A stretch of 64,000 bases of DNA. Source: an uncultured Verrucomicrobiae bacterium (GTDB lineage: Bacteria > Verrucomicrobiota > Verrucomicrobiia > Palsa-1439). The notes under the pieces were generated by a model that saw nothing but the letters and a program-made list of their open reading frames with translations, did not search any database and had not been told where the DNA came from. Below are positions 39,542 to 49,524 of this stretch, piece after piece. The stretch lies in assembly GCA_963812605.1 (NCBI GenBank), contig CAWEWF010000008.1, positions 160,001 to 224,000 on the forward strand. The letters are read 5' to 3'. The position numbers were made by a program, and so were the translations under genes. How positions within the stretch are numbered: position 1 is the stretch's first letter; each line of letters opens with the position of its first letter.

Positions 39542-41083
39542 ATGTCCGCGCCAACCGAAAATACTTCAACCACGCCATCGCGATCCGACAAGGGTCTGTG
39601 GCTGGCCGTCGTCTGCATGGTGGCCGCGCTGACCCTGTTGCGTTTCTCACTCTGCGGCGCCATCGAACTGCTGCCCGAAGAAACGTACTACTGGACCTAT
39701 GCGCAACATCCGGCCTTCGGCTATTTCGACCATCCGCCGATGGTGGCCTGGATCATCACTCTCGGGACAACTTTGTTCGGTGACACGGCACTGGGCGTGC
39801 GCATCGTGACATTTGTACTTTGGATGGTCTCGGCTGGTCTGCTGTTTCTGACAGGGAGAATGTGGTTTGGACGGCGAACGGCCCTGATGGCCGCCTTGTT
39901 TTTCACTCTGCTGCCCATTTACGTCGGGATGGGGCTGATCGTGACACCGGACGCGCCGCTTGTGTTTTTCTGGGTGGCGACATTATACATGATCTCGAAG
40001 GCGCTGCACACTGGTCGGGGCGTCTACTGGTTGCTCGCAGGCGTGACGTTCGGCGGCGCATTGCTCTCCAAGTACTACGCGCTTCTGCTCGCGCCGTCGC
40101 TGCTGGGGTTCCTGTTGCTGTCGCCAAACCATCGTCGCTGGCTCCGCCGTCCGCAACCGTGGCTGGCGTTACCCATCGCGCTCGCGGTTTTTAGTCCTGT
40201 GATTATTTGGAACGCGCACCATCAATGGGCGTCATTTCTCTTTCAGTCCACCCGCACGGCCGGACCGCCGAAAAACACCTTGCGCAATGTGTCCTCCTTC
40301 TGGCTTGTGCAACTTGCCATGCTGACCCCGCCTTTCTTCGTCCTGTTCGCCGCCGCGGCAGCACGGGGAATCCGCCGCGGCTGGTTACAACAGGACGACC
40401 GTTGGAACTTCGTCGCCTCGTTTTCGTTGCCGCTGTTTTTCCTGTTCGCCGCCGCCAGTTTCAAAACGGAGATCCATGTGAACTGGACCGCCCCCGCGTT
40501 CTTGTCGTTGGCGCTTGGCGGGGCGGTGATTCTGCTGGAAGGCCTCGACAGCGCGGAGCCGGCGCGCGCCAGACGTTGGCGCGCGGGCGCGTGGGCGACG
40601 ATCGCTTTATGCGGGTTGGCGATTGTGTTTGGGCACACGAGTCTCGCGTGGGGATTCCCGAGGTTCCTGGTGTACACCCACGCCGGCGGCTGGCGGGCGA
40701 CGGCGCAGCAGGTGGATGCCATGCGCACCCGGATTCGAAATGAAACCGGCCAGGAGCCCTTTGTGCTGGGAATGGAAAAATACAGCGCCGCCGAAGTGGG
40801 CTTCTACCTTCACCAGCCCTATGAGTGTGTCAACACCTATGCGCTCGGCGCGCAGGGATTGGGTTATCGTTATTGGACGGACCTGAACAAGCTCGAGGGT
40901 CGATCCGCCGTGGCTGTGCTGCTCAAACCCTCCGAGAATTCGCTGGATCAACTTCGCCTGCATTTTGACCATGTTGGCGAACCAGAGCATTTCCAAGCGC
41001 CCGGCACGCGCCACCGCGAGTTGTATCTCGTCGACTGCACCGGCTACCACGCCAAAGAACAACCGCTTTCCGGTCCGCGTTGA
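39542..41083 (+). CDS. ArnT/GT-C (family 39/83-like) glycosyltransferase
   Basis: PEETYYW..A..PAFGYFDHPPMVAW, TPDAPL and LLSKY motifs; many TM segments. Confidence 0.85.
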   Translation: MSAPTENTSTTPSRSDKGLWLAVVCMVAALTLLRFSLCGAIELLPEETYYWTYAQHPAFGYFDHPPMVAWIITLGTTLFGDTALGVRIVTFVLWMVSAGLLFLTGRMWFGRRTALMAALFFTLLPIYVGMGLIVTPDAPLVFFWVATLYMISKALHTGRGVYWLLAGVTFGGALLSKYYALLLAPSLLGFLLLSPNHRRWLRRPQPWLALPIALAVFSPVIIWNAHHQWASFLFQSTRTAGPPKNTLRNVSSFWLVQLAMLTPPFFVLFAAAAARGIRRGWLQQDDRWNFVASFSLPLFFLFAAASFKTEIHVNWTAPAFLSLALGGAVILLEGLDSAEPARARRWRAGAWATIALCGLAIVFGHTSLAWGFPRFLVYTHAGGWRATAQQVDAMRTRIRNETGQEPFVLGMEKYSAAEVGFYLHQPYECVNTYALGAQGLGYRYWTDLNKLEGRSAVAVLLKPSENSLDQLRLHFDHVGEPEHFQAPGTRHRELYLVDCTGYHAKEQPLSGPR

Positions 41084-41187
41084 GTCGGACAGGAACGCCT
41101 GATGAATGGCGCCATTGGGCCAAAATCACCTTTTGTTTCCAAGCGTTTCGTTGTATCGTTTTGCGGTGAAACTACAGGAGCTGCATC

Positions 41188-41733
41188 ATGGGTGAACAGT
41201 CCGAGGGGATTTCTGTCGGGGGCGTGTGCAATCGGGTCCATGCCCGTGTGGTAGGCCGCGGGACATTCCAGAACAGCCAGCCGCTGCGCCAATTCGCGAT
41301 GGAGAAGATCGATCAAGGACGGGAAGAATTCGTTATCGATCTCGGTCTTTGCCAGGCCATGGATAGCACCTTTCTCGGTATGTTGGTGGGGATTGGACTG
41401 CGGCTGCGGCAACGCGGTCCAACAGCTTCCATCCGCATCGTCAACATGAGCGCTCGCAACCTGAACGTGCTTCAGACGCTGGGATTGGATGGCCTGTTCC
41501 TCATCAATGGCGACGCGCCCGCGCCCCTGGCGAATGCTGACTATTATCCGTTGCCAGGCACCGACCTCGCCCAACTCAAGCATCCATTGGACAGGGCCGA
41601 AACCGCCGATCTGATGATCGAGTCGCACGATAATCTCGTTCGCGTCAACCCGCGCAACACACCGCGGTTCAAAGAGCTGGTCCGGTTTTTGCGCGAAGCG
41701 AACCGGTCATCAACTCCACCAGCAGCGTCATAA
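41188..41733 (+). CDS. STAS-domain anti-anti-sigma factor
   Basis: IDLGLCQAMDSTFLGML...LQTLGLD. Confidence 0.8.
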   Translation: MGEQSEGISVGGVCNRVHARVVGRGTFQNSQPLRQFAMEKIDQGREEFVIDLGLCQAMDSTFLGMLVGIGLRLRQRGPTASIRIVNMSARNLNVLQTLGLDGLFLINGDAPAPLANADYYPLPGTDLAQLKHPLDRAETADLMIESHDNLVRVNPRNTPRFKELVRFLREANRSSTPPAAS

Positions 41734-41758
41734 TGACAATCTGGAGGACACGACATTC

Positions 41759-42109
41759 ATGAAAGATTTTCGAATCGATCAAGAGTCCCGCGGTGCGGTG
41801 CAGATCATCCGCCTGGCTGGCTCGCTGGACATGTATTCATTCCCTCGGCTGGAGTCCCAGTTCAACGCCCTCTTTCAGCAAGGCCGCTATTCCCTGGTAC
41901 TGGATTGTCAGGAACTGGATTATATCGGCAGCGCGGGACTCGGCGCGCTGATCGGCTTTGCCAAACAAGCACGCGAGCATAAAGGCGATCTTCACTTGCT
42001 TAATGTGCCCGAACGCATCTACAAGATCATCGAGTTGCTCGGTTTTACGAAGGTTCTCAAGGTCCATCAAACCGAGGAAGACGCTCTCGCCGGTTTTCAA
42101 GCGAAGTAG
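41759..42109 (+). CDS. STAS-domain anti-anti-sigma factor (RsbV-like)
   Basis: LAGSLD...LDCQELDYIGSAGLGALI...IELLGF. Confidence 0.88.
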   Translation: MKDFRIDQESRGAVQIIRLAGSLDMYSFPRLESQFNALFQQGRYSLVLDCQELDYIGSAGLGALIGFAKQAREHKGDLHLLNVPERIYKIIELLGFTKVLKVHQTEEDALAGFQAK

Positions 42110-42133
42110 ATCGAAACCCCTTTTGCAGGCCGC

Positions 42134-42613
42134 ATGGAATTACCCGAAAATATTCACCGCAAGGAATTCGCGGAGAAGCTCCTGATCCAGACGCCGGGCC
42201 ACGGTAGTTATCTGGCCTATATCCGCATGCTGGTCGGCGATCTGGCCCGCAAGGTTGGATTTGACGAGGGAGAAGCCGCCAAAATCGAAATGGCCGTTGA
42301 CGAAGCCTGCTCCAACGTCGTCCGCCACGCCTATTCGCCGGACAAGGCATGGTGCTGGCAGCATCGCGATCCCGAGATCCGCCTCGATATCCGCGTTGAG
42401 GGCAGCCACCTGGTCATCGAGATCAACGATCACGGCCAGCGTTTCGACTTCGCCAACTACCGTCCCGCCAAGATGGGGGATCACCTGCGGGAAATGAAGC
42501 CCGGTGGCTATGGCATCCCGATCATGCGCAGTTTCATGGACGAAGTGCAGTACAGTTCCAACGACCAGACTGGCAATACCCTGAGAATGGTCAAATACTT
42601 GAAAAAACCCTAG
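42134..42613 (+). CDS. Anti-sigma factor Ser/Thr kinase (RsbW-like)
   Basis: AVDEACSNVVRHAY, DHGQRFD, GGYGIPIM..FMDEV and GNTLRMVK motifs. Confidence 0.88.
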   Translation: MELPENIHRKEFAEKLLIQTPGHGSYLAYIRMLVGDLARKVGFDEGEAAKIEMAVDEACSNVVRHAYSPDKAWCWQHRDPEIRLDIRVEGSHLVIEINDHGQRFDFANYRPAKMGDHLREMKPGGYGIPIMRSFMDEVQYSSNDQTGNTLRMVKYLKKP

Positions 42614-42644
42614 CTCTCCCCCATTGTAATTGCAGAGGTTTCTT

Positions 42645-43275
42645 ATGAGTAAGAAAGACAAGCACGTAAAATCTGCGCCGCCGACTGCCACGGACGAAAG
42701 TACGGACGCGATCAGAGGACGAGACCACCGCCGAGGTCCAGCCGGATTCCATTTCCGTCGAGGAATTGGCGGACTTGAAGGCCAGGGCGGCGAAGGCTGA
42801 CGAGAATTGGGACAAATATCTGCGCGCCGTCGCCGATCTCGACAATTACCGCAAGCGGGTGGCCCGCGAGAAGGAGGAGCTTGCTCGCTTCACCACCGAG
42901 CGCGTCGTCACCGCCCTGTTGCCCACGCTCGACAATCTCGAACGCGCCATTGATGCCGCCCAAACGCACGGCGCCGAGAATTCCTCGCTCCTCCAGGGCC
43001 TCACCCAGGTCCATGGTCAATTTCGCCGGACGCTCATGGAATTCGGCCTCCAGGAAATCATCGCCGACAAGGGCCAGCCTTTCGACCCGAATCTCCACGA
43101 AGCTGTCAGCCAGGTCGAATCCCCCGAACACGCGGAAGGCCACGTCGTGGAGCAGTTCCAACGCGGCTACAAACTCGCCGATCGCCTGTTGCGTCCCGCG
43201 CGCGTCGTCGTCAGCAAAGGCTTGTCGCAGGAAGACTCTGGTGGCGCGGGCGTCCCTGCCCGCGATCCGAAATGA
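42645..43275 (+). CDS. grpE: Nucleotide exchange factor GrpE (1-nt indel ~42710)
   Basis: [27 protein letters not shown] and [16 protein letters not shown] motifs. The ATG at 42645 is out of frame by one base. Confidence 0.92.
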
Positions 43276-44438
43276 CCAAGCGCGATTACTACGAGGTGTT
43301 GGTGGTCACGCGGGAGGCTTCGGACGAGGAAATCAAGAAATCCTATCGCAAGCTCGCGCTGAAGTACCATCCCGACAAGAACCCGGGCAACAAGGAAGCC
43401 GAGGAAAAATTCAAGGAACTGGGGGAAGCGTACGAGGTGCTGAGCGATTCGCAGAAACGCGCCGCGTATGACCGCTTCGGTCATGCCGCCTTCGGGCCGG
43501 GCTCCGGCGCGGGGGCCAGTCGTCCCGGCGGTGGCTTCCATGATCCCTTCGAGATTTTTCGCGATGTCTTCGGAGGCGGAGCGGGCGGTGGCGGCATCTT
43601 TGATGATTTTATCGAGCAGGCGTTCGGCGGCGGCGGCCGCTCGTCACGCGGGGGCGGACAGCGCGGCAACGATTTGCGGTATGATTTGGAGATCGAACTT
43701 GAGGATACTGTCGCCGGGCTGGAAAAGGAAATCAGCTTTACCAAGCTCGACACGTGCACAGAATGCCGCGGTCGCGGCGCGGCGGAAGGCTCGAAGGCCG
43801 AGACTTGCCCGACGTGTCGCGGCCAGGGTCAGGTGGCCCATTCGCGTGGTTTTTTCACCGTCGCGTCCACCTGCCCGCGCTGCAACGGCGCCGGCCAGAT
43901 TGTGAAGAACCCGTGCAAGCGCTGCGGTGGTGAAGGGCGGATGCAGAATCACACGAAACTGAAGGTCCGCATCCCCGCCGGCATCGAAGATGGCTCGCGC
44001 CTGCGCAGCTCGGGCCACGGCGAGGCCGGGGTGCGCGGCGGCCAGTCCGGCGACTTGTACGTCGTCGTCCATATTCGGCCGCACGACATTTTTTCACGTC
44101 ATGGTGACGACCTGCTTTGTGAAGTCCCGATCAGTTTCCCCATGGCGGCCCTGGGCGGCGAGATCGAAGTGCCAACGCTCAATGGCGCCGCCCGCCTGAA
44201 AATTCCGCCCGGCACGCAGGGCGCCACACTCTTCCGCCTCCGCGGCAAGGGCCTGCCCAACGTGCACGGTCGCGGTCACGGCGACCAGCACATCCGCGTT
44301 CTCGTCGAAGTACCATCCCGGCTCTCCCGCAGCCAGCGCGAGAAACTCGACGAGTTCGCCGCCATCGCGAGCGAAGACTCCTACCCGCAACTCAAGACCT
44401 TCCTCGAAAAGGCCAAGCGCTTCTTCGTCGGGAAGTGA
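43272..44438 (+). CDS. dnaJ: Chaperone DnaJ
   Basis: HPD J-domain, G/F region and four CxxCxGxG repeats. Confidence 0.97.
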   Translation: MTKRDYYEVLVVTREASDEEIKKSYRKLALKYHPDKNPGNKEAEEKFKELGEAYEVLSDSQKRAAYDRFGHAAFGPGSGAGASRPGGGFHDPFEIFRDVFGGGAGGGGIFDDFIEQAFGGGGRSSRGGGQRGNDLRYDLEIELEDTVAGLEKEISFTKLDTCTECRGRGAAEGSKAETCPTCRGQGQVAHSRGFFTVASTCPRCNGAGQIVKNPCKRCGGEGRMQNHTKLKVRIPAGIEDGSRLRSSGHGEAGVRGGQSGDLYVVVHIRPHDIFSRHGDDLLCEVPISFPMAALGGEIEVPTLNGAARLKIPPGTQGATLFRLRGKGLPNVHGRGHGDQHIRVLVEVPSRLSRSQREKLDEFAAIASEDSYPQLKTFLEKAKRFFVGK

Positions 44439-44463
44439 CACCGTAGAAAAATGCCGCCCAGCC

Positions 44464-45177
44464 ATGCACCGGTTTTTTCTACCCAACCTCCAGCAAGCGA
44501 TGCTTGACGCGGAGGAGGCGCATCATGCGTTGCATGTGTTGCGGCTCAAGGCGGGTGACACGGTCAATGTGTTCGATGGGCGCGGACACGAGGCGCAGGC
44601 GCTCATCTCGCAAATCTCCAATCAATCCGCGCAACTGAAGCTCCTCACGCCGTCCGGCACCGCGCCGCTGCCCTGCCGCATCACGCTGGCGCAGGCAATC
44701 CCGAAGAAGAGCATGGACTTGATCGTGCAGAAAGCGACAGAGTTGGGCGTGGCGACGATCGTGCCATTGGTGTCGGAACGGTCCGTCGTGAAACTCGACG
44801 ACGATTCCAAGAAAACAGAACGCTGGCGGGAAATCGCGCTCGAATCCTGCAAGCAATGCGGGAACAACTGGCTCCCGGAAATTCAATCGCCGCGCAAGGT
44901 ACACGATTTTCTCGCAGCGCTGCCGCAATACGATCTCAAACTTATCGGCTCGCTCCAACCCGACGCCAAGCCATTGAAGAAAATCCTCGGTGGCTCTGGC
45001 AAGCCGCCGTCCGTCCTGATTCTCATTGGTCCCGAAGGCGACTTCACGCCGGCTGAGATCAGCCTGGCAAAATCCGCCGGTTGCCTGCCACTTTCCCTGG
45101 GCCCGCTCGTGCTCCGCGCCGAGACCGCAGCGATTTACACCCTCAGCATCCTGCATCACGAGTTGCAGAACCACTAA
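44464..45177 (+). CDS. rsmE: 16S rRNA m3U1498 methyltransferase
   Basis: HALHVLR, QKATELG, IGPEGDF and LGPLVLRAETA motifs. Confidence 0.93.
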   Translation: MHRFFLPNLQQAMLDAEEAHHALHVLRLKAGDTVNVFDGRGHEAQALISQISNQSAQLKLLTPSGTAPLPCRITLAQAIPKKSMDLIVQKATELGVATIVPLVSERSVVKLDDDSKKTERWREIALESCKQCGNNWLPEIQSPRKVHDFLAALPQYDLKLIGSLQPDAKPLKKILGGSGKPPSVLILIGPEGDFTPAEISLAKSAGCLPLSLGPLVLRAETAAIYTLSILHHELQNH

Positions 45178-46324
45178 CCGCCGCCACGGCGACGGACAAC
45201 AGGAATTTCTCCAGTGTCTGCGCAGCGTGAAGAACTTCCTTCCACTCGACGTATTCATTGGCGGTGTGCGCCTGGGCGATGCTGCCCGGACCGAAAGCGA
45301 CGGCGGGAACGCCATATTGCGCCAAAATCCCCGCATCACAGAACCAGGGCGCGCCAACGAGTGCGCTCTTTGGATTCCCCGTCGCGTGGGCCAGTTTCTG
45401 CACAAACGGGTTTTGCGGGTCGGTCCGCAGCGGCGGGCAGTCGCTGAGGATTTCCGTCGTGATGGGAACCTGACGGAACCTCTGGCGCAGCGTCTCCAGA
45501 ATGTCTTCATGAACCTCGCCCGGTACCGTGCGGCGATCGATCTCGATCTCGCAGTAGTCCGGCACGATGTTGTTTTGCGTGCCGCCACGGATGGTGCCTA
45601 CATTCACCGTCGGCGCCCCCAGGACCGGATCGGCGGACTTTGCGAGAGAGCGTGTGTAATCGCCGAGGAGATACTGCACCACCTCCGCCATTTTCCCGAT
45701 CGCGTTGACGCCTTTTTCCGGCAGGGAACCGTGGACGCTTCGGCCGTGTGTGACAACCTTGCACCAAAGCGCGCCCTTATGGGTGTAGACGACGCGGCCC
45801 TCCGTCGGCTCGCCTGCCACCGCAAAATCCGCCCGAAACCCCGATTCGGCCAGCGCCTTGACGCCATGATTGCCGCTTTCTTCACCCATCAAGGCGCAAA
45901 AATACACATCGAGGTCGCCCTCGCGAAATTCCTTTCGTCGCACCACGTTGGCGAGGGCGGCGAGCATCGCCGTCAGCGAGCCTTTCGCGTCGGACGCGCC
46001 GCGACCGAAGAGTTTCCCGTCGCGAATCTCGGCGGCAAACGGGTCAATCGTCATCCCCGCCACGCTGACGGTGTCGGTGTGCGGCGCGAAGGCGAGGGAA
46101 CGTTTCGCGCCGCGCGAGGCGAATTTCCCAATGACATTCGGGCGGCCCGGTTCGACTTCCCGCAATTCCACATCGAGCGCAAGCTTGCGGAGGACCTCAG
46201 CGATGTAGTCGGCGATATGGGCTTCGCCGGTGTTTTTTGGCGCGGTGCCGGGATCGCCATGAGGGTTCACGCTCGGAATCCGCACGAGATCCTGCAGGAG
46301 TTGTTGGATCTGCTCGTCGTTCAC
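45143..46324 (-). CDS. M20 metallopeptidase (ArgE/DapE family)
   Basis: HTDTV, GRGASDAKG, GEESG, GEPT and AHTANEY motifs. Confidence 0.88.
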   Translation of the reverse strand: MNDEQIQQLLQDLVRIPSVNPHGDPGTAPKNTGEAHIADYIAEVLRKLALDVELREVEPGRPNVIGKFASRGAKRSLAFAPHTDTVSVAGMTIDPFAAEIRDGKLFGRGASDAKGSLTAMLAALANVVRRKEFREGDLDVYFCALMGEESGNHGVKALAESGFRADFAVAGEPTEGRVVYTHKGALWCKVVTHGRSVHGSLPEKGVNAIGKMAEVVQYLLGDYTRSLAKSADPVLGAPTVNVGTIRGGTQNNIVPDYCEIEIDRRTVPGEVHEDILETLRQRFRQVPITTEILSDCPPLRTDPQNPFVQKLAHATGNPKSALVGAPWFCDAGILAQYGVPAVAFGPGSIAQAHTANEYVEWKEVLHAAQTLEKFLLSVAVAAVSGSATRDAGC

Positions 46325-46914
46325 GATTTGCGCCGGGGCGGTTCCACGAGTACCCATTGCATATTGGCGGCCCGGGCCGCGGCGATGCCGGCGCTCGTGT
46401 CCTCGAAGACGAGGCAGTTTTGCGGAACGACACCGAGTTGGCGCGCGGCCTCGAGAAACGGGTCGGGCGCCGGTTTGCCGTGGCGATAATCTTCCACGGT
46501 GACGATGGTTTGAAATTTGCGCAGGATTCCCAACGCCTCAAGGGTCCGGGTCACAATGTCCCGCGTGCCTCCCGACGCAACGGCCAGCGGTTTCATCCCG
46601 TGGAATTGATGCACCAATTCGACCACCGGCTCGATCGGGAGCGTCTGCGGGATCATCTGGATGAAGAGTTCATCCTTATAGGTCGCGGTTTCCCGCACGG
46701 GCATCGAACAGCCGTGGCGTTCGTTGAGAATCTCGACAATCCGATCAGTGGGCACTCCGCCAAGTTCGTAGAACAGCGCTTCCGGGAAAGCGCAGTCGTA
46801 CTCTTTCAGGGCCGCGAGCCAGGCCTGGTAATGCAGCGGCATCGTGTCGGCCAGGGTGCCGTCACAGTCAAAGATGTACGCCTCGAAATCGCCCGCGGGT
46901 AATTTGATCTTCAT
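46321..46914 (-). CDS. HAD-family phosphatase (YqaB-like)
   Basis: IFDCDGTLADT, GKPAPD and VFED motifs. Confidence 0.9.
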   Translation of the reverse strand: MKIKLPAGDFEAYIFDCDGTLADTMPLHYQAWLAALKEYDCAFPEALFYELGGVPTDRIVEILNERHGCSMPVRETATYKDELFIQMIPQTLPIEPVVELVHQFHGMKPLAVASGGTRDIVTRTLEALGILRKFQTIVTVEDYRHGKPAPDPFLEAARQLGVVPQNCLVFEDTSAGIAAARAANMQWVLVEPPRRKS

Positions 46915-47855
46915 GTCGGCTTCCGAAACCAATCCACAAATCGCTGGATGCCTTCCTCAATGTTTACTTGTGGGTCATAGCCCAGCAACCGTTTCGCTTT
47001 TGAGATGTCGGCATACGTGATGGGCACATCGCCCGGTTGCGGAGGCAAGAGCCGCAGTTGCGCCTTTTTCCCGGCCGCTTTCTCAATCAATTGCACCAGT
47101 TCGCGCAATTCCACCGTGCGCGACTCGCCGAGGTTCACGATCTCGAATCCCGCGCAACGGTCGAGCGCGGCCAGGAAACCCTGCACCACGTCGTCGCTGT
47201 AGGTGTAGTCGCGCGCTGTCGTGCCGTCGCCATACATTTCGACCGGCTTTCCGCGCAGGATGGCGCTGGTGAATTTATGGATCGCCAAATCAGGCCGCTG
47301 GCGCGGACCGTACACGGTGAACAATCGCAGGCACGTTACGTTCAGGCCGTGCAAATGATGGTACACATGGCCCAACGCCTCCGCCGCAAGTTTCGTGGCC
47401 GCATAGGGCGAGATGGGGTGCAACAGGGCCGCGTCTTCTCGAAACGGCGCCGCCTGGCCAACACCATAAACACTCGAAGAGGACGCGAAGACAAACTTTG
47501 GCACGCCAAATTCGCGCGCCAACTCGAGCAGATTCTGGGTGCCCAGCACGTTGACTTCCGTGTACAGCCGCGGCTGGGCCACGGAAGGACGAATGCCCGC
47601 GCGCGCCGCAATGTGCGCGACGGCATCGAGGCGGCCTGTAGAAAAGGTCGCGCGCAATGCCGTGGCGTCTCGAATATCCGCCTCAACAATGGTGGCACGA
47701 TTCGCGAATGCCGCGACATTGCGCCGTTTCAGCGCGGGATCATAGAAGTCATTGAAATCGTCCACGACCGTGACCTTATCTCCCCGCGCGAGCAGGGCAT
47801 CGACCACGTGCGAGCCGATGAAGCCCGCGCCTCCGGTGACCAAAATCGTCATCAT
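46911..47855 (-). CDS. NAD-dependent nucleotide-sugar epimerase (UDP-glucuronate 4-epimerase-like)
   Basis: GGAGFIG, ASSSSVYG, YAATK and FTVYGPRQRPDLA motifs. Confidence 0.88.
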   Translation of the reverse strand: MMTILVTGGAGFIGSHVVDALLARGDKVTVVDDFNDFYDPALKRRNVAAFANRATIVEADIRDATALRATFSTGRLDAVAHIAARAGIRPSVAQPRLYTEVNVLGTQNLLELAREFGVPKFVFASSSSVYGVGQAAPFREDAALLHPISPYAATKLAAEALGHVYHHLHGLNVTCLRLFTVYGPRQRPDLAIHKFTSAILRGKPVEMYGDGTTARDYTYSDDVVQGFLAALDRCAGFEIVNLGESRTVELRELVQLIEKAAGKKAQLRLLPPQPGDVPITYADISKAKRLLGYDPQVNIEEGIQRFVDWFRKPT

Positions 47856-47921
47856 AAAGTAACGTAACACGAACCGCTTTGCGGTTGCAGCCTCGAAAAT
47901 CGACGGTACAATCCGTCGCTC

Positions 47922-49460
47922 ATGCGCGTTCTTGCCATCGTTCTATCGGTTATTTTGTCCGCTGCGGTCACTGGATTCGCCGCCGGCAAGGCCGAGCACG
48001 TGGTGGTCGTCGTGTGGGACGGCATGCGACCGGACTTTGTCAATGAAACCAATACCCCGACACTCTACGAACTCGCGCGCGAGGGCGTGTTCTTCCAGAA
48101 TCATCACGCCGTCTATCTCAGTTCGACCGAGGTCAATGGCACCGCGATGGCGACGGGCTGCTACCCGAACCGCAGCGGCATTCTCGCCAACCGCGAGTAC
48201 CGCCCCGCAATCAATCCGCTCAATCCCATTGATGTTCAGGACTTCGATGCCGTCCGCAAGGGCGACGCGATCACCCACAACCATTACCTCCAATTGCCCA
48301 CGCTCGAAGAAATCCTGCAGCGCGCCGGAATGAAAACGGCCATCGCGGGCGCCAAACCGGTCGTACTCTTGCACGATCGCCTGGAAGAGGGCCGGGTCTG
48401 CGCGGATTGTGTGAATCTGTTCGAGCACACCACCGTCCCGGCCGCCGCCATGAAGAAACTGGATTTGCCGGCGCTTCCGCCCAGGGACACCCCGAACACG
48501 CGCCAGGATGAAGTCGCAACCCGTGCGCTGATCGGCCCGATGTGGGACAAGGCGGTGCCGACATTTTCGTTGCTCTGGCTGAGCGAGCCGGACTACACCC
48601 AGCACGCCTCGGGCCTGGGATCGGCGAGGTCGCTCAAGGCACTGAAGGGTTCCGACGACAATCTTGCCGGCGTGCTGAAGGAGTTGACCGCCCGCGGTGT
48701 CCGCGACAAGACCGACGTGTTCGTCATTTCCGACCACGGGTTTTCGACGAGCTCCCGCACGGTGGACGTCGCCGCCTTTTTGAAAAAGGCGGGCTTCAAT
48801 GCCGTACGCGAGTTCCCGCAGTCGCCCGTGAACGGCGACATCATGGTGATCGGCAACGGCGGAACGGCATTGCTCTATGTGATCGGTCATGATTCCAAAC
48901 TCACTCATAAGATCGTCGAGCTTCTTCAGGCCCAGGATTTCGCCGGCGCGATTTTCACGCGCGAGCCGATGGAAGGAACGTTCACCCTCGATCAAGTTCG
49001 CATCAATACGCCGGATGCACCGGACATTGCGCTCTCGTTTCGCTGGACGGCTGACAAGAACATCGCGGGGATCGCCGGCTTGGTTGCCAGCGATGGCGGT
49101 TACGGTGTGGGACGCGGGACCCACGCCAGCCTCAGTGCATTCGACTTGCATAACACACTCGTCGCCGCCGGCCCGGATTTCCAAAAAGGATGGGTCGATC
49201 ACCTGCCCTCGGGCAACATCGACCTCGCGCCAACGATCCTGCACATCCTGGGAGTTCAGTCACCCGAACGCATGGACGGTCGTGTCCTCACTGAAGCGCT
49301 GGTCGAAAAAATGTCCAAGTCCCCCGACCCTGTTACCCAGACTTTGACCGCGACCCGCGATCTCGGCGCCACCGTCTGGCAGCAGTACTTGCGCGTGACC
49401 GAATTTGACGGAACCACCTACCTCGAAGAAGCCAACGGTCATTCGGAACCGAAGAAGTAG
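47922..49460 (+). CDS. Alkaline phosphatase-superfamily phosphodiesterase (NPP-like), secreted
   Basis: Signal peptide; WDGMRPD, SSTEVN, EPDYTQH, SDHGF and NIDLAPT motifs. Confidence 0.85.
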   Translation: MRVLAIVLSVILSAAVTGFAAGKAEHVVVVVWDGMRPDFVNETNTPTLYELAREGVFFQNHHAVYLSSTEVNGTAMATGCYPNRSGILANREYRPAINPLNPIDVQDFDAVRKGDAITHNHYLQLPTLEEILQRAGMKTAIAGAKPVVLLHDRLEEGRVCADCVNLFEHTTVPAAAMKKLDLPALPPRDTPNTRQDEVATRALIGPMWDKAVPTFSLLWLSEPDYTQHASGLGSARSLKALKGSDDNLAGVLKELTARGVRDKTDVFVISDHGFSTSSRTVDVAAFLKKAGFNAVREFPQSPVNGDIMVIGNGGTALLYVIGHDSKLTHKIVELLQAQDFAGAIFTREPMEGTFTLDQVRINTPDAPDIALSFRWTADKNIAGIAGLVASDGGYGVGRGTHASLSAFDLHNTLVAAGPDFQKGWVDHLPSGNIDLAPTILHILGVQSPERMDGRVLTEALVEKMSKSPDPVTQTLTATRDLGATVWQQYLRVTEFDGTTYLEEANGHSEPKK

Positions 49461-49481
49461 CGAAGCTGAGAGCGCTGCTAC
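49457..49481. repeat. REP-like palindrome supplying the stop codon
   Basis: GTAGCGAAGCTGAGAGCGCTGCTAC; the TAG at 49458-60 is the gene stop. Confidence 0.55.
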
Positions 49482-49524
49482 GAATCAGGTTGAGCAGTCA
49501 ACAAAGTGAGTGATAGCCTGAACC

